From assembly GCA_009838645.1 (NCBI GenBank), contig VXRC01000024.1, positions 18,494 to 82,493 of the forward strand: a stretch of DNA of 64,000 nt, given 5' to 3'. This DNA comes from Gemmatimonadota bacterium (GTDB lineage Bacteria > JAAXHH01). Within the stretch, counting starts at the first letter, position 1, and every line of letters starts with the position of its first letter. A program made the position numbers and the translations under genes. Shown piece after piece: positions 57,520 through 64,000 of this stretch. The notes under the pieces are model-generated. The model saw nothing but the letters and a program-made list of their open reading frames with translations. It was not told the origin of the DNA and did no database searches.

Positions 57520-57702
57520 TCGGGCGGACAGTTTCGGTGGCTCATCGGTAGCCCGATCAGGGTCGAAACCGGAAACTTCCCGTGCCCCACAGCGTCTAAC
57601 CAATGTGAGTGCTCAGTAGCTAGAATTTAACGTACAGTATCTGCCACGCTTTGAAACTAACGAGGATGACAAGCGGTCGTACCGCGGGAAGGTCGGCTGA
57701 TT

Positions 57703-57972
57703 TTGATCCAGACGGTTACGAACGATCTGTTGTTGTTGATTCAGCCACACCTGGCCCCTCTACTCGCCATTTGCGGAATCCTGGTAATCTGCTACGGGCT
57801 TTTTCGATTAGCACGCTCCCCACGCCGTGGCGGCGGCAGCGCGACCGTTTTCTTCGTGGGTACGACCGACGCACTACGGAACATGGACCAGCGCACGGCG
57901 GCCGAGATCATCGTACGTCAACAGACCGGGGACCGTTTGAAGGAAGAAGAAAGAGGCGGGGCGGGTAAGTGA
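57703..57972 (+). CDS. Possible small single-TM protein (low confidence)
   Basis: 89-aa ORF with one hydrophobic helix; no RBS or homology support. Confidence 0.2.
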   Translation: MIQTVTNDLLLLIQPHLAPLLAICGILVICYGLFRLARSPRRGGGSATVFFVGTTDALRNMDQRTAAEIIVRQQTGDRLKEEERGGAGK

Positions 57973-58092
57973 ACGGAACCAGGAGGCGGCGGAGGGAAAC
58001 TCGCCCCAATCATCCGATTCACCTGGTGGGGCATTGAGGATAAGAGTAAATTCGATATAGGTTTACAAGGAGTCATATTCCGGAGGTGCAAC

Positions 58093-58671
58093 ATGTCTCT
58101 TCCCGGCACCCAACACACTACCGCCCTTTCAGTCATGGCGGTTCTCGTTCTGCTTACCGTAGTCGGATGCGCCGCCCGCAAGCCAGCCCTGGTGGAATCC
58201 AGGGATCTGGTCGCGGTGACGGTCATGCCGGCCGGCCCCAACAACTGGCGGTACACCATCGAGACGAAAAACGCCGAGTACCTTACGAGCGTGGAGTTTA
58301 TCTCCCCGGACCTGGAGGGCTGCAAGGTGCTCGCACTGCCCGAGGAAATCAAAATCATACAGCAGACCACGCCCGATGGCATCAAAGTAAACCTGTGGGG
58401 AAGCATCTATGGCGAACGGTACACCCAGTTCCGCAGCCTGCAACTGGTTCTGACCAGCGATCAGCCTAGAAGTCGGGGTGAGATAGACATCCGCGTTACC
58501 GATTTTCGAGGAAACACCACGACGATTGAATCTATTGCGGGGCCGGTCGCCGCCAGAATAGGCACGCCACGATACGCATGGCAACGTGCCTGGCGGTCTT
58601 ACGAGGTTATGCCCCAGCATTTCGGCCGGTTTCCGGATAACCTCGGGGGCATCAGTTTTATAGGGAATTGA
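58093..58671 (+). CDS. Lipoprotein of unknown function
   Basis: Signal plus lipobox (LLTVVGC); 192 aa. Confidence 0.45.
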   Translation: MSLPGTQHTTALSVMAVLVLLTVVGCAARKPALVESRDLVAVTVMPAGPNNWRYTIETKNAEYLTSVEFISPDLEGCKVLALPEEIKIIQQTTPDGIKVNLWGSIYGERYTQFRSLQLVLTSDQPRSRGEIDIRVTDFRGNTTTIESIAGPVAARIGTPRYAWQRAWRSYEVMPQHFGRFPDNLGGISFIGN

Positions 58672-58695
58672 TGCTTGCTGTCGGTGACGGGAGTA

Positions 58696-59883
58696 TCAAC
58701 CCACTTCCAGTACACTAACCCCTGGCAGCACCTTGCCTTCCAGCAGTTCAAGCGAAGCACCGCCGCCCGTGGATACGTGGCTCATGCGCCCGGCTAGACC
58801 AAGGGCGTTGATAGCCGCTGCCGTATCACCGCCGCCGATGATGGACACGGCTCCCCGGCCGGTTGCCTCCGCGATTGCTTGGGCGACCTCTTGAGTGCCC
58901 TCCGCGAACGCCTCGATCTCGAAGACGCCCATGGGGCCGTTCCACAGTATGGTACCCGCTTTGCCAATGGTTTCGACAAATTGACGTCGGGTTACCGGCC
59001 CGATATCGAGGCCCATCGATCCGTCGGGGATCCGGTCGACATGCAGCGGAGTCGCACCGGATTCGATTGAGTCGGCGACAATATGATCCACGGGCAGCAC
59101 GATCGGTTTATCCATCTCAGCCGCCCGGTCCAGGATCTCTGCCGCGAATCCCAGTTGATCCTCCTCCAACAGGCTTCCTCCGATGGCCTCGCCATGGCTT
59201 GCGAGAAAAGTATAGGCCATGCCGCCCCCGATGATCAGGGCGTCGGCGATCTCGATGAACCGGCGTGTTGCCCCGATCTTGTCCGACACCTTGGCCCCGC
59301 CGAGCATAACAACCAGCTTCCCTTTCGGGTTTTCGATCGCTCCGGAGAGGTAGTCCAGTTCCTTCTGCATGAGGAATCCGGCCGCGCGTTCAGGCAGCAG
59401 TCGCGCAACGCCTTCGGTGGATGCGTGGGCGCGGTGGGCCGTTCCGAAGGCGTCGTTCACGTAGGCGTCCCCCAGCGCAGCCAGTTCGCGGGCGAAGTCC
59501 GGATCGTTCCGGGTCTCCCCGTCGTTAAACCGGACGTTCTCCAGCAGGAGGCATTCGCCGTTCGCCAGGTCTGCTGCGGCACGTTCCGCGACCGGTCCGA
59601 CCGTCTCCCGCACGTAGCCTAACGTTTGGTCCAGGAGTCCGGACAACCGGTCCGCCACCGGCCGAACCCTCAGGTTCTCCGCGACCCCTTTTGGCCGTCC
59701 CAGATGGGTCATCAGGATGGCCCTGCCACCATGGTCCAGGATATGCCGCAGCGTGGGGAGCGACGCCCGGATGCGCGTGTCGTCGGTGATGTTGCCCGCT
59801 TCGTCAAGTGGCACGTTGTAGTCCACGCGCACGAGTACGCGCTGGCCGCGCAATTTGAGGTCGGTGAGGGAGCGGACGCTCAT
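58696..59883 (-). CDS. pgk: Phosphoglycerate kinase
   Basis: 395 aa with canonical PGK motifs (RVDYNVP, GRPKG, GGGASLELLEGK). Confidence 0.85.
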   Translation of the reverse strand: MSVRSLTDLKLRGQRVLVRVDYNVPLDEAGNITDDTRIRASLPTLRHILDHGGRAILMTHLGRPKGVAENLRVRPVADRLSGLLDQTLGYVRETVGPVAERAAADLANGECLLLENVRFNDGETRNDPDFARELAALGDAYVNDAFGTAHRAHASTEGVARLLPERAAGFLMQKELDYLSGAIENPKGKLVVMLGGAKVSDKIGATRRFIEIADALIIGGGMAYTFLASHGEAIGGSLLEEDQLGFAAEILDRAAEMDKPIVLPVDHIVADSIESGATPLHVDRIPDGSMGLDIGPVTRRQFVETIGKAGTILWNGPMGVFEIEAFAEGTQEVAQAIAEATGRGAVSIIGGGDTAAAINALGLAGRMSHVSTGGGASLELLEGKVLPGVSVLEVG

Positions 59884-60202
59884 GGACAGGACCCATCAAA
59901 GGCCTTGCTGGGCGGGCAATGGCGTGAGATCGTGGAGTGTATGTTCACGGTCATTTTCTCGGTGGAACGGTGCATTTTCTACTTTACTTAGTTGATCGCA
60001 CAGGTTATATACAGGGTTTCAACCGGAATTTGGTACAAGTGCGAATAACGGACTATCCTCTCTTTTTCCTCCTTCAAGAAACCGTGTCTGTTATTGCGAA
60101 TCAACGGTATTCCAGTACTCCGGTTTGAATTGAGAAACTGGAAATCGCGTTCCCGTATTCGATTTTCGCAACCGAAAGGATGCGAAAAAGGGGCGATCTT
60201 TA

Positions 60203-63200
60203 TATGAAAAAACCCCGGGGTCTCTACGATCCAGCCTATGAGCACGACGCGTGCGGCGTGGGTGTCGTGGCGAATCTGAGCGGCGAGAAGTCGTACGCCA
60301 TCATTCGCAACGCCATCCGGGTGCTGGTCAACCTGGAGCATCGCGGCGCCTGCGGATGCGATCCCCACACGGGGGATGGCGCGGGCCTGCTGTTCCAGCT
60401 TCCCCATGACTTCTTCCAGCGGCAGTGCCGGCTCTCCGGCATTTCACTGCCGGAAGCGGGCCAGTACGCCGTGGGCATGGTGTTCCTGCCCAGGGGCGCC
60501 GAACATCGCCGGTGGTGCGAGCGGGCGATCGAGAAAACTGTCTGGGAGGAAGATCAGGTTTTCCTGGGATGGCGCGACGTGCCGGTGGATTTCAGCCAGG
60601 CCGGGGAACTGGCGACCCAGGTGTCCCCGCTGATCCGGCAGTTCTTCATCGGAAGCGGCGAACAGACGGACGACCAGGATAGATTCGAGCGCAAGCTGTA
60701 CGTCATCCGCAAGGTCATCGAAAACGCCGTCGACGCGAAGCTTCCCGAGGACAACCGCGACGACTTCTACATCGCCAGCCTGTCGAGCAAGACCATCGTC
60801 TACAAGGGACTGCTTCGGGCGGACCAGCTGGACTCCTTCTACCGCGACCTGTCCGACGAGTCCATCGTCACGTCCCTGGCCCTGGTGCATTCCAGGTACA
60901 GCACCAACACGCTGGGGTCGTGGCGGCTCGCCCATCCCTACCGGCTGCTCTGCCACAACGGCGAAATCAACACGATCCGCGGGAACCAGAACTGGATGCG
61001 CGCCCGGGAGGCGCTCTTCGCGTCTCCGCTGTTCGGCGACGACATGGCCAAGCTGAGCCCGATCATTCGCGAAGGGGCCAGCGATACGGCAGGGTTCGAC
61101 AATGCGCTGGAACTGCTAGTCTCCACGGGACGGTCGCTGCCCCACGCCCTCATGATGATGATCCCGGAAGCCTGGGAGAATCATGAGTCCATGTCGGACG
61201 AGAAGAAGGCCTTCTACGAATACCACGCCTGCCTAATGGAACCGTGGGACGGCCCCGCCCTCATCGCGGCATGCGACGGCGACCGCATCTGCACGACCCT
61301 GGACCGCAATGGACTGCGGCCTTTCCGGTACGTGGTGACGAAGGATGATTTCGTCGTGGGCGCGTCTGAAGCCGGCGTACTGGATATCCCGCCCGAACGG
61401 ATCCTCACGCGGGGACGGCTGCAGCCCGGACGCCTGTTCCTGATCGACACGGTCCGCGGCCGCATCGTCACCGACGACGAGATCAAGCACGAGATCAGTT
61501 CGCGCAAGCCCTATCGCGCCTGGCTGGACGAGCACATGGAGAACCTGGACGACCTTCAGGAGCCGGACGACGTACCCGGACTCGACCTGGCGACGCTGGA
61601 AGAACGGCAACGGGCCTTCGGATACACCAGCGAGGAGCTGAAGATCCTCATCGGCCCAATGGCGGCCCATGGGTACGAACCCGTGGGGTCCATGGGCAAC
61701 GACGCGCCGATCGCCGTCCTGTCCAACAAGCCGCAACTACTGTTCCACTACTTCAAGCAGCTGTTTGCCCAGGTCACCAATCCTCCCCTGGACGCCATCC
61801 GCGAAGAACTGGTCACGTCCGTGGACACCTCGATCGGGCCCGAGCAGGACCTCTTCGCCGAAACGCCCGATCACTGCCGGCAACTCCGGATCCCCCGCCC
61901 CGTGCTGTCCAACGGGGAACTAGCCCGCATCCGGGCGCTCGACCTTCCCGGGCTGAAATCGGAGACGCTACCGGCCGTGTTCCGGCGGTCGGCCGGGGTC
62001 GCGGGAACAGATGAGTCTGCGGGACCAGGCGGGGCCGCGTCGGCCGGCGATCCAACGGAAACTGCCAGGTCCGCGTCCGCCGGCACCCTCGAGGAGGCCG
62101 TGGACGAGCTCTGCTTCGAGGCGGGCCGGGCCATCCGGGAACGGGGCGCGACGCTGCTCATCCTTTCGGACCGGAAAGTCGGACCGGACTGGGTCCAGAT
62201 CCCTAGTCTGATCGCCACTGCCGCTGTGCACCATTATCTCATACGGGAAGGACTGCGGACCAGCGCGGCTATCGTCGTGGAATCGGGCGAACCGCGGGAG
62301 GTCATGCACTTCTGCCTGCTCATCGGCTACGGGGCCAATGCCATCAATCCCTACCTGACCCTCGAAACGGTGGAATGGATGAGCATCGACGGTCTGATCG
62401 ATCCGCCGGCCAGCACGGTCAGCCCGGCCAGCGCGGCCAGCCCGGTCGGCCCAGGCGGTCCAGGCGGCGCGGACAAGGCGCGGAAGAACCTGATCAATGC
62501 CCTGTGCAAGGGCGTCCTGAAGACCATGTCCAAGATGGGCATCTCCACCATCAAGTCCTATCACGGCGCGCAGATCTTCGAGGCCATCGGCCTGAAGCAG
62601 TCGGTCATCGACAAGTACTTCACGTGGACCGCGTCCCGCATCGAGGGCATCGGCTTGCCCGAGATCGAAGCCGAGTACCGCCAGCATCATCACCACGGCT
62701 ATCCCGAACGTCCCGTGGCGAACGGCCATACGCTGGACGTGGGGGGCTACTACCAGTGGCGGAGCGACGGCGAGCACCACCTCTTCAACCCCCAGACCAT
62801 CGCGCTCCTGCAGACGTCGACGCGCACCGGCGATTATGAACTCTTCCGCCAGTACACGGACCAGATCGACGATCAGACGCGCCTGCTGGGCACGCTGCGC
62901 GGCCTGTTCGACTACAGGCAGGTGCAACCACCGGTGCCGATCGAGGAAGTGGAGCCGGCCTCGGAGATCGTCAAGCGCTTCTCCACCGGCGCCATGTCCT
63001 ACGGCTCCATCAGCAAGGAAGCCCACGAGACGCTGGCCATCGCCATGAACCGCATCGGCGGCCGGAGCAATTCCGGCGAGGGGGGCGAGGACCCGGACCG
63101 CTACTATCCGGATGATAACGGCGACTGGCGGAACAGTGCCATCAAGCAGGTGGCCTCGGGCCGGTTCGGGGTGACGAGCAACTACCTGGTCAACGCCACG

Positions 63201-64000
63201 GACCTGCAGATCAAGATGGCCCAGGGCGCGAAGCCCGGGGAAGGCGGTCAGTTGCCGGGCCACAAGGTCTTCGAAGAGATCGCGCGCGTGCGGAAGTCCA
63301 CTCCCGGCGTGGGGCTCATCTCGCCGCCGCCCCATCACGACATCTATTCCATTGAGGACCTGGCACAGCTGATCCACGACCTGAAGAGCGCCAACGACCG
63401 GGCCCGCATCCACGTCAAGCTCGTGGCCGAGGTGGGCGTGGGCACCGTGGCGGCCGGCGTGTCCAAGGGCAAGGCCGACGTGGTCCTCATCAGCGGGTAC
63501 GACGGCGGCACCGGCGCCTCGCCGGAATCGTCCATGAAGCACGCGGGCGTGCCGTGGGAGCTGGGCGTCGCCGAGACGCAGCAGGTGCTGGTCCAGAACG
63601 ACCTGCGGGGCCGCATCGTGGTGCAGACCGACGGCCAGCTCAAGACGGGCCGCGACGTGGTCATGGCCTGCATGCTGGGCGCCGAGGAGTTCGGCTTCGC
63701 CACGGCCGCCCTGGTGGTGAGCGGCTGCATCATGCTCCGCAAGTGCCATCTGAACACCTGCTCCGTGGGCGTGGCTACGCAGGACGAGGAGCTGCGCAAG
63801 CGCTTCACGGGCAAGCCCGAGCACGTCATCAACTTCATGATGTTCATCGCCGAGCAGATGCGGGAGCAGATGGCCCAGCTGGGCTTCCGTACGGTGAACG
63901 AGATGGTGGGGCGCACCGACTGCCTGGATACGCGCAAGGCCATCGACCACTGGAAGGCGAAGGGCCTGGACTTCACCCGGATGCTCGCGCCCGTGGAGGC
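60203..64000 (+). CDS. gltB: Glutamate synthase (GOGAT) large subunit, N-terminal ~1266 aa; 3' end beyond the window
   Basis: Not in the supplied ORF track because the frame runs off the window end. It was translated manually from the ATG at 60203. The product has the Ntn-amidotransferase start (...[12 protein letters not shown]), a central domain, and FMN-domain motifs ([54 protein letters not shown]). The frame is open to nt 64000. Confidence 0.85.

Noticed and set aside
57515-57560. Inverted repeat CTGATCGGGC...GCCCGATCAG after the LysR stop as an intrinsic terminator
   Set aside because: Loop of ~25 nt and no downstream T-tract. Not convincing as a rho-independent terminator.
60203-64000. 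Absence of gltB from the supplied ORF track
   Set aside because: The frame is open to the window end, so the track omitted it. Manual translation shows an uninterrupted GOGAT large-subunit reading frame.

Overview
High-GC (~65%) chromosomal segment from a Gram-negative bacterium. Signal peptides, lipoboxes, an outer-membrane beta-barrel and an ECF sigma/anti-sigma pair support a diderm envelope. The window holds about 60 genes and is bounded by a 5'-truncated coaA (1..582) and a 3'-truncated gltB (60203..64000). The backbone is mostly metabolic and housekeeping: pgk, queE, nhaA, an IMPDH-family gene, a MATE transporter, SDR and Gfo/Idh/MocA oxidoreductases, two enolase-superfamily enzymes, an M42 peptidase, PfkB kinases, HAD hydrolases and a voltage-gated K+ channel.

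Observations beyond routine annotation:
1. A secreted thioredoxin-fold redoxin has an in-frame TGA at 13995-13997, exactly at the nucleophilic Cys of the W-C-P-x-C motif, with a SECIS-like hairpin 15 nt downstream. This is a strong selenoprotein candidate that a standard annotator would split into two ORFs or call a pseudogene.
2. Three lower-GC inserts look horizontally acquired:
   - about 600-1810: a lone NucS/DUF91-like PD-(D/E)xK nuclease-fold protein.
   - about 14400-18060: a HigA-like HTH protein, an APH-family kinase, a papain-like BtrH_N-like protein, a truncated isochorismatase, a MazG-like NTP pyrophosphatase and a VOC protein.
   - about 53520-54130: a NUDIX gene broken by an in-frame TAA.
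3. An envelope-stress neighbourhood spans 36-44 kb: an ECF sigma and anti-sigma factor, three tandem Spy/CpxP-type LTXXQ proteins, then an operon encoding a TAXI-domain fusion protein, a DUF2491/YjfK-like protein and a PspA/IM30-like protein, with a sigma-54-like promoter.
4. A membrane molybdoenzyme has a Mo subunit and a fused FeS-NrfD subunit, neither with a Tat signal.
5. A 919-aa UxaA/GarD-like protein carries a tandem internal repeat.
6. Several short tandem DNA repeats sit at 5' leaders (lipoprotein gene, queE, the third Spy-like gene, the PspA operon).

No rRNA, tRNA, CRISPR array, transposase or integrase was found. Many long ORFs on the strand opposite real genes are GC-driven shadow ORFs and were not called.
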